Positions 11,599 through 23,804 of a stretch of DNA of 64,000 nt are shown one piece after another. The position numbers and the translations under genes were made by a program. The notes under the pieces were generated by a model. It searched no databases. It saw only the letters and a program-made list of their open reading frames with translations, and was not told the DNA's origin. The first letter of the stretch is position 1; every line of letters begins with the position of its first letter. The DNA is taken from contig CM074822.1 of the NCBI GenBank assembly GCA_037447605.1, positions 519,492 through 583,491 on the forward strand, written 5' to 3'. This DNA comes from Zygnema circumcarinatum SAG 698-1b. Taxonomy: Eukaryota > Plantae > Zygnematophyceae.

Positions 11599-12064
11599 TA
11601 GGGATGGATTAGTTACGATTATATATTATATATTATATTATACAACTGTGACGAATAGATAACGGCTGATATATATTAATTTACAACGCCTTTCCAACAT
11701 GTACGGTCGTACGGTCGTACGACTGTACGGTATTATGCGGCCCGAGCACGAGCAGACAGAGAAAACCAGGCGAATGTAGCGTAACGGAGCTGCGTTCGGC
11801 GGATCCGCGTCCGTTCAGTTGTACTTGACATAGGCCTCTTCCGTGTAGCGGATCAGCGGAATCCAGGAGCTGCCAACGGAGATTAAGAGAAGGCGGCGCC
11901 ATGCGTTGGCGGCCCACGGAACGGCACACCATCCAGCAAGGCGCACTCGGAAGCGCCGCAAGATGCCGCCGATTGTCATCAGTTGACCTATCCGAAGGNN
12001 NNNNNNNNTAAACCCGTTGTAAATTATATAATATATTCGGAATTTATAACGCGGGCCATCCCTA
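11599..12064 (-). mobile_element. hAT-type MITE, copy B (inverted relative to copy A)
   Basis: Termini TAGGGATGG...CCATCCCTA. Perfect 8-bp TSD GTCGCCAG at 11591-11598 and 12065-12072. Both arms match copy A in reverse; the centre is replaced by unrelated sequence plus an N-gap. Confidence 0.85.
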
Positions 12065-12437
12065 GTCGCCAGCCGGCAACGCGTTGGCCTGCCGGCAACG
12101 AGATAGGCGCACATACCAGGAAGGTGGGCCACCTGCTGCACCAGGTGGGGGGGCACCGGCTGGGGGGTGCACTTGGGCGGTTGGGCTGTGCTGCAAGCGG
12201 GCACATTTAGGGTTAGCTTGTATGGTTTCTCCTTTTTCACTAAAACAAAACAAAAAAAGAAGGGGTGCAGAGTTTTGGAGAAGGCAGAATTGGGGGAATC
12301 TCTACCTCTCTCTCTCTCTGTCTCTTCCTCGCTCTCCCTTTCTCTCTCTCTGTCTCTTCCCCTCTCTCTCTTTCTCTCCCTCTCTCTCTCTCTCTCCCTC
12401 CCTACCTCTCCCTCTCTCTCTCTCTCTCCCTCGGATC

Positions 12438-13061
12438 ATGTGGTGGTGGCCATGGGGCGAGAGCGAGCAGGCAGAGGGCAAGAAGAAGATTGAGGAGGCG
12501 AAGCCCGCCGTTGTGAAGCTCAACCGGCAGAGCTTCAAGAGGGCTCTGTCAGTGGCGAAGGCAGCGAGCAGTAACCATGGCGAAGCTCCGGAGGTAGTGG
12601 ATGAAAGGTTTGTGTTGGACCTTTACCACGTCTTCAAGAGGTTTGATCGTGATGGAGATGGAAAGATTTCTGCAGAGGAGCTTATGGATGTGCTTGTTGA
12701 CCTCGGAGCATCGCCGTCTATGAGCGAAGTGAAGACAATGATCAGCGAATTCGACGAAGATCAGGATGGAAATCTGGATATGGAGGAGTTTGTGAAGCTG
12801 AATGTCTTGGCAGCCATAGTGCCTGATGATGTGACGGGTGAAGATGAAATCCATCAACTCTTTAAGGTGTTTGATCACAATCAGAACGGCTTGATTTGCG
12901 CTGACGAGCTCTTCAGAGTGATTAGGAGTACAGGGGAGCCTGTGACGCTGGAAGAGTGCTTAGATATGATCCGAATGGCTGACACAAACGGCGATGGCCA
13001 CATCGATGTTGAAGAGTTTCGTCGACTCATGGGCAAGCCCTTTCATGCCGCCAGCTCCTAA
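12438..13061 (+). CDS. CML: Calmodulin-like protein (CML-b), intronless, 207 aa, with N-terminal extension
   Basis: ATG 12438 (MWWWPWG...) follows a CT-rich leader. Loops DRDGDGKISAEE, DEDQDGNLDMEE, DHNQNGLICADE and DTNGDGHIDVEE. Confidence 0.92.
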   Translation: MWWWPWGESEQAEGKKKIEEAKPAVVKLNRQSFKRALSVAKAASSNHGEAPEVVDERFVLDLYHVFKRFDRDGDGKISAEELMDVLVDLGASPSMSEVKTMISEFDEDQDGNLDMEEFVKLNVLAAIVPDDVTGEDEIHQLFKVFDHNQNGLICADELFRVIRSTGEPVTLEECLDMIRMADTNGDGHIDVEEFRRLMGKPFHAASS

Positions 13062-14062
13062 GGCTTGGAATGAGCAATACCTAACAACTCTAATCCTATT
13101 GGAGGTATCCAATATCCAGATATTCAGGTCATCTTAACCGACCTCAGTATGAGACAGGCATGCTACCAGACACATAGCAGATGCAGTTGCAGTTGTGTTT
13201 AGCCATGTGAAATGCTTCAATGAAGGAGCCGCATAACCCTTTAGCGATCATCAAAACTGCTCCTTTGATGTGCGAATTACCTCAGCTAGGAGGGCTGGTG
13301 CAGCTCACGAGCGCCCTCTGAACATAGAGTGGTTTGAAGAATCAAGAACGGGAGGCGGGAGAATGGAGTGCAGGGAAGCTTCAGTATCTTTCTCAAAGAA
13401 GGATGCCTGTTAAGTTATTTCACACTGATATGTGTGGTGAGAAAGTATCCTGGCATTGATCATGGCCTAGCAGGTGAGATAAACATGGAGAGGAATGCGG
13501 GAGAGGAAACGAAAAAAGTTGGAAGTTAGAAAGAGAGAGAGGAAGCTGATAGGTCTAGGTAGCCCACTTGCTTCACTTTCCAGAGGGACTCAGACATAAA
13601 TTGAAGAGCAGGACAGGTGGAAACTCCCTTCAGTTTGTGTGTGTGTCAGACTCTTCATTTCATTGGTTCCTCTTCGCTAAGTTGTAGATAGGTGACTTCT
13701 TTACTGCTTCAGCTCCTTTCTGGTGTTCCATACCATCTCCTCTGACTATAATAAGTGGTCAAAAAGGCCTGACCTGACCTCTATGACCTGACCTGGCTCG
13801 ACCAGGCCTTATATTGTTTTTGCGTGCCGAGGATAATTTTTTGTAAATTAAAAGATTTTCTTGAGGCATGGAACGCTCTGTGAAGGCGGTCGAGTGGCAA
13901 CTCACAACCTTTTTAAAAAGAAAGGAAAACTGTACTGGACATTTATGTGATGATGATGATGATGATGGCCATCCCCCTCCAGGAACACTAAGCAGTCTGA
14001 GGCCATGTCCGTTTCCCCTGTGGCGATGCGCGCAATATTGGACATTAGATATGGGACATGAG

Positions 14063-14500
14063 CACAGGTCGGACCGTTGGATCAACCATTGGAATGGTTG
14101 CGAGCCTCTGATTCGCGATTCAGCCAACCATTGCCAATGGTACCAACCAACCATTGCCAACGTTGCCAGACACTGCCGAAATGGTACCAATCAACCATTG
14201 CCAATGCTTCCAACCATTGAATTCAGTGGTTCGCAACCACCAAATGGTTATTTAAGGATTTCTATATTTTATTTTCATTTTTGAGGTGAAGACTTACGTT
14301 ACTTTGCTTGCGACTAGTGGTTGGCAATGGTTGGCAATGTTTGGCAATGGCTGGCAATGGTCGACACTACTGAATGGTACCGGTAATGCTTGCCAACCAC
14401 TGGCGTCGGACCAAGCCAATCATTGCCAATGATCGCAACCATTGGCCGTCCAACCATTGCCATTCAATGGCTGATCCAATGGTTGCCATCCCATGGTCCG
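14063..14500. repeat. CCATTGG/CCAATGG family, copy with both end motifs
   Basis: Left end CACAGGTCGGACCGTTGG, right end CCCATGGTCCG. Dense CCATTG/CAATGG motifs surround an AT-rich core. Confidence 0.7.
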
Positions 14501-14787
14501 CACATGGGCCCATGGCCACGAGCCTGCCAATAATTTTCCAGCCGGCCGCAAAAGCCGGAGGAATCATCGCAAGCCGACAAAAAAAATCGCTGAGATTTTC
14601 CGTTGCGTGTCGCCACGTGGCGCGAGGACAGGGGGCGGCCGGCATAAATTCCATTCTGATGTCATCGTGACGCGGAACCCGACAGATTCAGCAAAACTTT
14701 CTTGCGTCAGCTCCTCAAACCCAGTTTTGAGGGCCTTGTTCTGTTTGTCGTTATCGGACCTTGTTTCACTGCGCTCGTCGCAATTTA

Positions 14788-14986
14788 GGGGGAGTTAGAC
14801 CTGGACCATCGCTTACGAAATTTCCGAATTCTTTATACTAAAAGTCAAAATTTCGTATACGAATTCCGGGTCGGGATCCCTGGCTATGCCGTACACAGTC
14901 GTACCGAAATGCGTAACTAGCCAATGCTGAATTCGCCCGACAAGCTTACGAAATTGATTTGGCGATGGTCAAGGTTTGACTCCCCC
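14788..14986. mobile_element. TA-flanked MITE (same family as 6960-7116)
   Basis: Inverted termini GGGGGAGTTAGACCTGGACCATCGC / GCGATGGTCAAGGTTTGACTCCCCC with TA on both sides. Confidence 0.75.
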
Positions 14987-16342
14987 TAAATTGCCTCGGT
15001 TCTGGCAAACCCAGATTTAGGGTTTGAAACCGACCCGAACCGGTTTCGAACTGCGCGAGACCCGGTTCGGCACGGAAAAGGGCAAACATGTACGGAGGGT
15101 CAAAACGTGAAAAAACCCTAAAACCCTAAAAAACCCAAACCCTGAAAATCCTACGAACCCAAAACAACTACAAAACGAGAAATTTGACTAAAATTTAAGG
15201 TCAGAACAAGTACTTTGTACAGCCACATTGTGAAACTAAAAAGTACTGTTTTTGAATTTATCGCATGGACGGGGAAAAAATTCCATTACGGTATCAATTT
15301 TTTCTTAACTATTTGTTCCCACGACTTTTCAACATTTACATTTAAATTTCATGTTCAAATTGAAAGCTGTCGAATCCGACAAGTACACCATACAAATTTC
15401 GTACGAAATTTGTACGGGTTTTTCTAGTAACCAAATCACCAAAGGTTTTATGCCACGTCATAAAAGTCTTCCCACGTGGCACCATTCCATTAGCCAATTT
15501 TTTTCACTAGCTGCCAAATCCAAAAAGGAGAAACCCCCATAGAATGAGCTTCATCCCAATTGCCAAATCTGTCGGCGCAAGACGACAAATGACATAAATG
15601 AACAGTAGATTCATGCCCATTTTTTGTGTCGTTACCCGCTGTACGTAACGGAACTAGTCTCGCACGTGGAATCATCACAAACGACAAAAATCGGTCCGTT
15701 TCCCTCTGCCCCGTGGCCGTTCTCAACCGCCGCACCGCCGCATTTTCCGGAGCTCTGATTTTACCACCCTATCCCATTTCTTAAATCGATTTTTTAGCAA
15801 AAACCGCAAACCGCGGGACTCCAAAAGCTCGCCCCAACTTTCCGGTTTTCGCTATGAGATTGGTTTGTCCAGCAAACTTTGCACTTGATGCCGCCATGGA
15901 GGGAGGCGTGGGAGTGGGAGAGGGGGGGGTGAGGAGCGGGAGAGGGTGAGGGAGAGGGGGAGGGTGAGGGAGAGAGGTGGGAGGCGAGGAGGCAGCCTTC
16001 ACTCTCCCAGGCTGAAGCTCAGGCTTGGAAGCTTTTTTAAGGGTTCTCAAAGAGGAGGAGCGTGCTCTGTCCTCCTCTCTCTTCTCTCTCTCTCTCTCTC
16101 TCCCTCTCTCTCTCTGGATCTTGCGAGCATTCCTCCTCTATCTCTCTCTGTTGGTTCTCTTCCTCCCTCCATTAAGTCTTTCTCTCCCTCAATTCCGCCC
16201 CTCTCTCTCTCCCTCCCTCCTCTCCTCTCTCTTCCTCCTCGCCTCCTCTTCTCTCTCCCTCCATTCCTCCTCTCTCTCCCTCCAATCCCCCTTTCTCTCT
16301 CCCCTCCCGCTCTCTCCCTCTCTCTCTCTCTCGAGCCTCCCG

Positions 16343-19300
16343 ATGACTGTCAACAGCGCTCTCGATTCCGTGTGGCGATTTGGGCGGCAGGGAAGCGCTG
16401 ACCTGCAGAGAAGCATCAAGCAGTATGTGGTGGCGGGGGCTGAAATGATGCGGAAGACGGAGCCCCTGGAAGAGCACAATGGGAAGCTTTGGGATGCTGG
16501 GAATGCAGGCGTTGCAAGGTGGCAAGTGGTGGAAAGCGGGGAAGCAGGGACTTATGCATATCAGCTTATGCTTCAAAGCAGGGCAGGGAAGATATTATCG
16601 CCATGGAATGATGTGCCCCTTTGGACCTCTGACAGGCAAAATGTGCATGTCATCTGCAAGACCCCGCGGGGGATGTGGACAGACCTCGAGGTCTCCATGG
16701 AAGGCTCGAAGCCTTCTCTCAAACTGAGAATCACTTCACAAGGAAAGCTATCGCATTATGCGTTTAATTCTCCATGGAACATCGGCATGTTGCCGCAGTC
16801 TTGGGCAGATCCTGACCTTCAAAATGCCAATTACGGAGGCCTTCCCTATGATGGGCTTCCTATGGAAGTGATAGACATAGGGTCGAGAAAGCGCTCCATT
16901 GGAGAGGTTTATACTGTGAAGATTCTGGGAGGCTTTGCGGTTGTCAATGCACAAGGCGGAGATCTCTCTTGGAAAGTCTTAGCGATAGATTTGGAAGATC
17001 AAATGGCTGGAAAACTGCAGGATGTTAAGGATGTGCATCATAATGTGCCGTACCTTCTGGAGGAGGTTCGGGAATGGCTGCGCTCCTGTCGCTGTGTTGA
17101 ACCAGGTGAAGCTTGAGCATGGCGAGGGTTTCATGTCAGAAAATGGATGCAAGATGTAGAATATGGACACCTATATATTTGGTCTTTTAAGGAGCTGACA
17201 TGGGGTCTAGGGTAAGTAGGCATTGACTTGTCATAGATTTCAAGTTTCAGGTTTCAGGTGTATTTTTTCAGTCGTGGTAGAGTTTACGGGGAAATTGAGT
17301 GTTGAAATCTCCAGATTTGTATTCTAGGTTCTTATTTTGACTATCGCCTCTCAGCAGTGTTGGTTCATAGAGAATACTGAACATGCAAAAAATGAGACAT
17401 TTTTTCAGCCTGCTTCGTTTCCTTTCTCTGATGTCCTGCCCTTTTCTTGCTGTGTGTAATCACAGAAGCAAAGGAGAACATTTTCGGTCTCAATGAACGT
17501 GCAGCAAACCGTGCATCCTTAATGAAGGTGGTAACCCAAGCTCATGCCAGCTGGCAGCAGCTAACAACTGGTAAACGCCAACATAGAGGAATGGAAAAAT
17601 CCACTTCTGCTGCTCCTTCTGCTGCTCCAATCCCACTCTCTGATCCAAATGTAGGGTCTGAATCCGAAACCTCGCCTCCTTCTCTTCCCAACGCATCTGT
17701 AAGCTCTACAGAAGATCATTTTGCTGCTATTCCTGAAGCTTTGAAGATCAAAGCGCATCTAGCAAGGCCGGCTTTCTTGGAAGCTTTGGAGCTTCAAACC
17801 AGTTATTCTATACAGTTAAAACGTGCTTTGAAATCTGCTCTGAGGACAAGTCCTCCAGACAGTGTGAGACAGGCTGCTTCCCATCTTCCTTTCACAGAGG
17901 GAGGTACAGAAAATGAGCGTTCCCGGAAGTCAGAAAAGGAGGTTATGTCCAGGAATGAGGGAGAGGGAGTCTCCAAAGAGGAGGGATTGGAAGACATTGA
18001 GAGTGGGAGGGGAGAACGGAAAGGTGGAAGTGGACCCCTTAGACCGAGAGTGACTTTTGCAGACACTCACATAGGGTCGGGACATGCAAGAAGAAAGCAT
18101 ATTTCTTTGAGTGGTGAGTTGCATCCTAAGAGAAATGCACGTTCAGAAGTTCTATCTTCTGGAGCAGTTGCATTAGAGGGAACATGGAAAACTGGCGGAA
18201 TGAATAGAGGGCCGAAAACTAGAGTTCGGCCGACAGATATAGCAATCTCAGCAGGAATGGAAGGTAGTAATGGAGAGAGGGGATTGAGAGGAGGCAGAGT
18301 ATGGCCGGCAGGGTCGAGAAATACAGCTGTAAGTGTTGGGAAATTGGAGCAAAGCAGAGGAGGAGAGAAGGTTTCTGTCGGAGGAGTTGTGGGAGGGATA
18401 AAGAGCAATGATGTGCAGATATGGCTTCGAGATCAGCTCCAAGAGCGTAGGAGAAGCGAAGGAGATGCACATTTAGATGGGCAGATGAAGGTGAATGGTG
18501 GAGGGGGGGTATTGAGAATGAGGGTGGAAGATGAGAGGAGAAGACAAAGTCAGCTTGATGGTTTGTTAGAGGAGAGGGTAATGAAAGCAGAAGCAGGAGA
18601 TAGGGAAGGGGCTTATGAGGAGGTAAGGGAAGTGCATGTTAGAGCGGATGGTGTTTGGGAAGAAGCAGAGAGACCAAGGGGTAGCACAGAGAAGGAGTGG
18701 GAAGTAGCAGAGTTTGAAGGTATACTGAGAAACAGCCAAGATTGGAGAAATGGGGAGGGAAATTTGGAGGGAGACAGTTACTCGGAACTGCATGAAAACA
18801 TTCCAGTTGCAATCGCCGTTGTTGACAACGGACACGAGCAACATGGAACGCATCCTATCGCGCAGTCGGTCAGTTTTGGTCGATATATGGTTAACCAGGG
18901 CACTACTAGGCTCGCTTGGTCGGAATCTCCCGAAACCCTCCTTGGCCCTACCGCTGTTAGAAGAATGGAGAATGTTCGATATCCCGGATCAGAAGGTGAA
19001 GAAACCGTAAGTTCAACAAATTTTTCAGCACATGATGCAGAAAATTCTATCTTTCATGAGGATGAGAGAGTCTCTGGGAGCTCAGAGTCAACTTCAAGGT
19101 TTGACCGTTCCGGAGCAGGAAGAAGAGTTTCATGGGGATGGGTGGAGGAAAGGAAGTTTCCCAGAGGGAGTGGGAGAGGGTACGAAAAGGTCAATGGGGG
19201 GGTGTTGACTTCTTCTCAGCAGCTTCCCCGACTTGCAAGGAGAGGAGGGGAAGAGAGAGATGCTGGGAAAAGGTATATGGGGGGTAATTCTCATCATGGA

Positions 19301-19495
19301 GCAGTGGGATATGGGTGGCATGCATCCCATAATGGAGGAAAGCTTCCTACAAAGTATCGATCTGAACCCCTCGGTTTGCAGCAGCTTAGTACGGAGCAAG
19401 TCATGGAACGGTTAAGTGGTCGACCTCGGAATGAAGCAGAGGCGAGAGCTGTAGCGGCTGCTTTGCAGAAACTGCGCATGCATACAAATGCATGA
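16343..19495 (+). CDS. Family-I soluble inorganic pyrophosphatase homolog, probably inactive, fused to a long low-complexity C-terminus (930 aa)
   Basis: Exons 16343-17105 and 17466-19495 (GTGAAG...CACAG, phase 1; 2793 nt). PPase scaffold motifs ILSPWNDVPL, WNIGMLPQSWADP, EVIDIG, WKVLAIDLED and VREWLR. The second exon begins with the expected PPase C-terminal helix (ENIFGLNERAANRASLMKVVTQAHASWQQL), which supports the splice. Confidence 0.85.
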
Positions 19496-21970
19496 AAGCA
19501 GAATATAACATTTGTAGCATAGAGAAGTGGGGGGCTGCAGACTCATGCCACCAACGACGGGTAATGGGTGCACAGCATATGGGTCTTGAATCTTCCATGG
19601 AGAGTTTAGGGTTGGCTCCGAGTGGAGGAGGTATGGATAGTATGGATATAGTAGGAGAAAGAAACGGTCTCTCTGTTTAAGTAGACTTTGGGTGAGTGGG
19701 AACCATCCTTACCTTGGGGCATTATCTGTCACTTTTTTAGGGTTTCGGTAGGCATAGGACGGTGCACTTGTTCTGTTCCTTCTTGGAACAAGACGAGTAG
19801 CTTTACCAAATGTGAGTGTGTGTGTGACAGAGAGAAAGAGAGTTCTTATCCTCCTTAGAACCAGACAGGTTACATAACTCTAGCAAATGAGAGATAGAAA
19901 GGGGGAGAGAGAGAGAGAAAGAGAGAGAGAGTGATGGATTTTCATTAGCGTTCCTGAAAGGAATAGAGTAGGTAACTTATTGTGGTTTTGGGTCAGTAGA
20001 TTGAAGGTGCAGGTACTTAGTTAGATGAAGCCCGGTTGGTTGGTCGACCGGGGACAACTGACTGACGGTTGTTCTTTATAGGGTTGGCTCGTTAGTTGAG
20101 CTTTGTGCTATTCTCTGTGACATTAGCCGCAGGCTGCCCTTTATTGGCTGGATGGGGTAAGCTGAATGTATTGCTCAGGTTTCTGATTGACTTCAATTAC
20201 AGACAGGGCGAGAAAGCAAAACGGTTTGTATCTTGCCGGTTTTGCTGTGTTCATTGGTTTATGTCATGGGTGCGTGGATGCCTTAAAAATCCTAAGAATT
20301 CTCGACATCCTATGGACTCTTGAAGTCTGAAAACCCGAAGAACTCCAAAAACTTAACAACCATAGAAGCCCTAAAAGCCCCCTATTGGTTTTAAAGGACA
20401 TGTCTTGTGTTCAATGCCACACAAAAGGGCTGATTTGGGTTCTCTAAGGGGCTGCCTTCTGTATGGTCCAAACCATGATGGTAATCAAGATGCGATGCGG
20501 TATCATGTGTAAAGGAACTCTACAATTCCTTCCCTACCCCCTACCTACTCTCCCACCTGGGCCCTTCCCACCCCCCTCCTTTACCTCCCCCTCCCCCAAT
20601 CGCTGTCGCTCTCTCCCTCCCTCTCTCCCCTCCCCTCCCCTCCTCTCTCCCCAATTCCTTTCCTTCCTGCCTCTCTCGCTGTCCCTCTCTCCCTCCCTCT
20701 CCCCTTCGCCCCTACGCTTTCCCAGCCTATCTCACTCCATCCCCCTTCCCCTTCCCTTCCCTCTCCGCCACCCCCCAATCTCTCGCCCTCGCCATCTCCC
20801 TTTCTCCTCTCTCCCACTCTATCCCTAAATCTTCTTCCCCCACCCCAATCTCCCCCTCTCGCTATCCCACTCTCCTTCTCCCGGTCGACCTCCGCTTTCC
20901 CTCACTATCTCTCACCCTCACCCTCCCCTTTCCCCCTACCTCTCCATCTCCCTCTCTCCTCTCGCCCTCCCCCCCGTCCCCTCTCTCCCTCTCTATCTCT
21001 CTCTCCTTCCCTCTCCCTCACCCATCCGTCCTCCCCATCCCCCCCCTCTCTCTATCCCTCTCTTTCTGTCGCTCTCGATGCAATCTCTCTTCATCGTTCT
21101 GCCTCACCCCTGAAATTAGCCTTTCCAAAAAACTACCTGCCGTTAAAAGAGCTCCCTCCCGTGAAGTTTCCATGAAAGCTGTGCCTATATCATAGAAGCT
21201 GTGCTGATACCACCAGATGTCAACTTTTAGAGAAGCCTCTTCAGCTGTGCCCATAAAGAAGCTTACTGGCAGGGCCTGCAGGGCTACAGAAGAAATGAGC
21301 TTTCCAATTACAGCGGAGGAGAAACAATGGCTTCCATAGCGAAAGCGCAAAAGTAATGAGAACAAATACTCAATTGATAGGGAAAATATAACATACAAAG
21401 AGCTATTAATGACCTCACTCTTAATGGAAGCTCACTTTCACTGCTTCCAAGAAGACTTGAGATCTTTGCTGGCTCCATTGCCAAGCACGAATAACGACTA
21501 ACTGACTAAAGTTTCACCTAATTTGACACTTAGCCACTGACTACTTCACCAAAGACAATGCTTTTGCAAAGTCCTAACGCTCAAAGCAGTAGGATTACCG
21601 CGCTACAAGAACTACTACAGGACGACTGTACAGACAGGTTAGGACTTAAAAAGGAAAAGGGAAATATGTTTGATGAAGGTCGATAATGAAGGCAGAAAAC
21701 GCCTGTGCGTTTTCATAACAAGCCACATATCGACTGCTCTCAATTATGTACTATGTGACGAAATACCGCTTGTACTACTAATACCCAGTCCTTGGGACGA
21801 ACACTATCAGAAAGAATACGCAGCATTCTATTATCAACTATCGACGGCGGCGAAGCCGAAGCCGGCGGAAAGAAGGCAGCAATGCAGGGCCGGCATTAAA
21901 AGTATCGCATGAATTTTCTATTTCCGCATATACATGCTATCGCCCTCTGCATTCTTAAAGTGAAAAGAAG

Positions 21971-22510
21971 TCAAAGTAGGGCCTTATCGCTCATCATTTT
22001 CTCGAACTCAGAGATGTCCACATTCCCATCGCCGTCCGTATCCCAACTTGCGATCATCTTCTTGCAGTCTTCTAATGACTTGTTCTTATCCCCAAATATA
22101 GACAGCACTTGATGAAGCTCCACAGGCGATATCTTCCCATCCTTGTCTAAATCAAACATTCTGAACACTGCAGCCAGATCCTCTTTAGGTTTCGAGCAAT
22201 CGATCGCCACTCGATTGAGAATCACAAACTCCTCAAAGTCCACGAACCCATCTCCATTGTAATCTATCTCATTGATAAGCTCCTGCACCGACTCCTCTGT
22301 ACAAGTCGAACTAAAGCATCGCATCATCGCCAAAAGCTCCTTCTTTGAAATCCTTCCGTCTCCGTCCGTATCATACGTTCTGAATGCATGTCGCAATCGT
22401 CTCCGCTCGCTGGGAGTCAACTCTAAGGAACCCACATTGTGGGCCCCTTTATTCATCTTCTCAGAGTGAGAGGCTCTGGGGCTTTCAGCAGCCTGCACTT
22501 CCGGGGCCAT
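21971..22510 (-). CDS. CML: Calmodulin-like protein (CML-c), intronless, 179 aa
   Basis: First ATG at 22510 (MAPEVQAAES). Loops DTDGDGRISKKE, DYNGDGFVDFEE, DLDKDGKISPVE and DTDGDGNVDISE. Telo-box AAACCCTAA at 22582-22590 upstream. Confidence 0.93.
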   Translation of the reverse strand: MAPEVQAAESPRASHSEKMNKGAHNVGSLELTPSERRRLRHAFRTYDTDGDGRISKKELLAMMRCFSSTCTEESVQELINEIDYNGDGFVDFEEFVILNRVAIDCSKPKEDLAAVFRMFDLDKDGKISPVELHQVLSIFGDKNKSLEDCKKMIASWDTDGDGNVDISEFEKMMSDKALL

Positions 22511-22984
22511 AATGCAACTAATGGGTCTGCTTAAAGACGGTCTCCTTGAGCCCCCCAAGTCCGTACAATTCAGTGCAGAGGAAACCCTAATTCGTAAGAC
22601 CCAGTCTCGCCCTTGTTCCTTGCCTTCCTTTCACTTGGCACCTATAGCTTACTGACAACCTCCCTCCCTCCCTTCCTCCCTCTCTCCCTCCCCCCCTCTC
22701 CCTCCCACTTCACCTCTCTCCCTCCCTCCCTCTCCCTCCCTCTTATCCACCTCCCTCCCCCTCTCCCACCTGCCCACACTCTCTCCCACTCCCTCCCCCT
22801 TCCTCACCTTTTCCTCCTTCCCTCTCCCTTTCCCTCTTTCACTCCCTCCCACCTTCCGCCCTCTTTCCCTCTCCCTCTCCCTCTGCGTCTCTCACTTTTC
22901 TAACCCTGCTCTCCCTCCACGGCCAGAAACTTCCACCAACGGCCTCTCTTCATAACGCGGCTTTTAGCATCCGCCAATGGCGTC

Positions 22985-23016
22985 TCGCCACGTATGCTAA
23001 TTTGCATACGTGGCGA
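22985..23016. promoter_or_regulatory. Perfect inverted pair of ABRE-like sites upstream of CML-c
   Basis: TCGCCACGTATGC-TAATTT-GCATACGTGGCGA: 13-bp perfect arms, each carrying ACGTGGC. Confidence 0.5.
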
Positions 23017-23804
23017 ATTGTCATTGGAGGCGACGTTTTCTAACGGCTCCCTCCGCCACGGTAAAGGGCCCGCTTCGCCGCAACTCGAAACGTTTCTTCT
23101 GCCCATTCGTACAGATTCGGGCAGAAAACAAAAAAAACAAATATTAAAGAAACGGGTAAGGAACTTGTCGTATTGAAAAGCTGTCCGCGGTCATCTTTTT
23201 TTGATGAAAATATTTTATCACTGCCCGTACAAACCGGTCTGATCTCTACCTGCCCGAAAGGTCGGGCAGAGGTTGCGAAAGAAAAAGTGCCGACGCCGCA
23301 TGGAACGGAACCGCCGTCGCGCTGGACGGTAATATTCTTGCAATGGCGCGCTCTGATTGGCGGATGGGGCTATCCGTGAGACACTGTTTTAGTTACTGTT
23401 GCAGGTGCAATTGGTTGCGGCTACGCACATAAAACAAGCGCATAGAAAGGCCTAACCAACCGTCCAACAAATTTTCCCATGGAAAATCTCATGTATCCAC
23501 CAACAGTTGGACGAAATTGAAGTACATCTCCACCGTCCAATTCACCGTGATCGACGGCTGCGCTTCATCCTCCCCGATCCAGTCAAAATCTAAATACTGT
23601 AGAACTTCCACCGATGAAAGTACCGTACGGTAAAATTGTCGTTACTACCGTTACGGCCAACATGAGCATGACCGTAACAGTCCCGAGAGATTTTCGTACG
23701 AAATTCCGATGCTTTGAACCTGTTTCACAGAAACTAAGACAAGGAACGGGTTCCAGCATAGATCAAAAAGCTCAGCTTTCTGCAAACTGAGGCGGATAAG
23801 TTCG

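Noticed and set aside
15391-15414. 24-bp perfect palindrome TACAAATTTCGTACGAAATTTGTA
   Set aside because: Related TTTCGTACGAAA motifs recur in nearby repeats, so it is probably a transposon relic with no independent support.
15781-15899. Divergent gene starting MAASSAKFAGQ on the minus strand
   Set aside because: The ORF is short, with no convincing splice donor or recognisable domain.
22511-22558. Longer N-terminus of CML-c given in the ORF track (MGGSRR…)
   Set aside because: It starts at TTG; the first ATG is at 22510.
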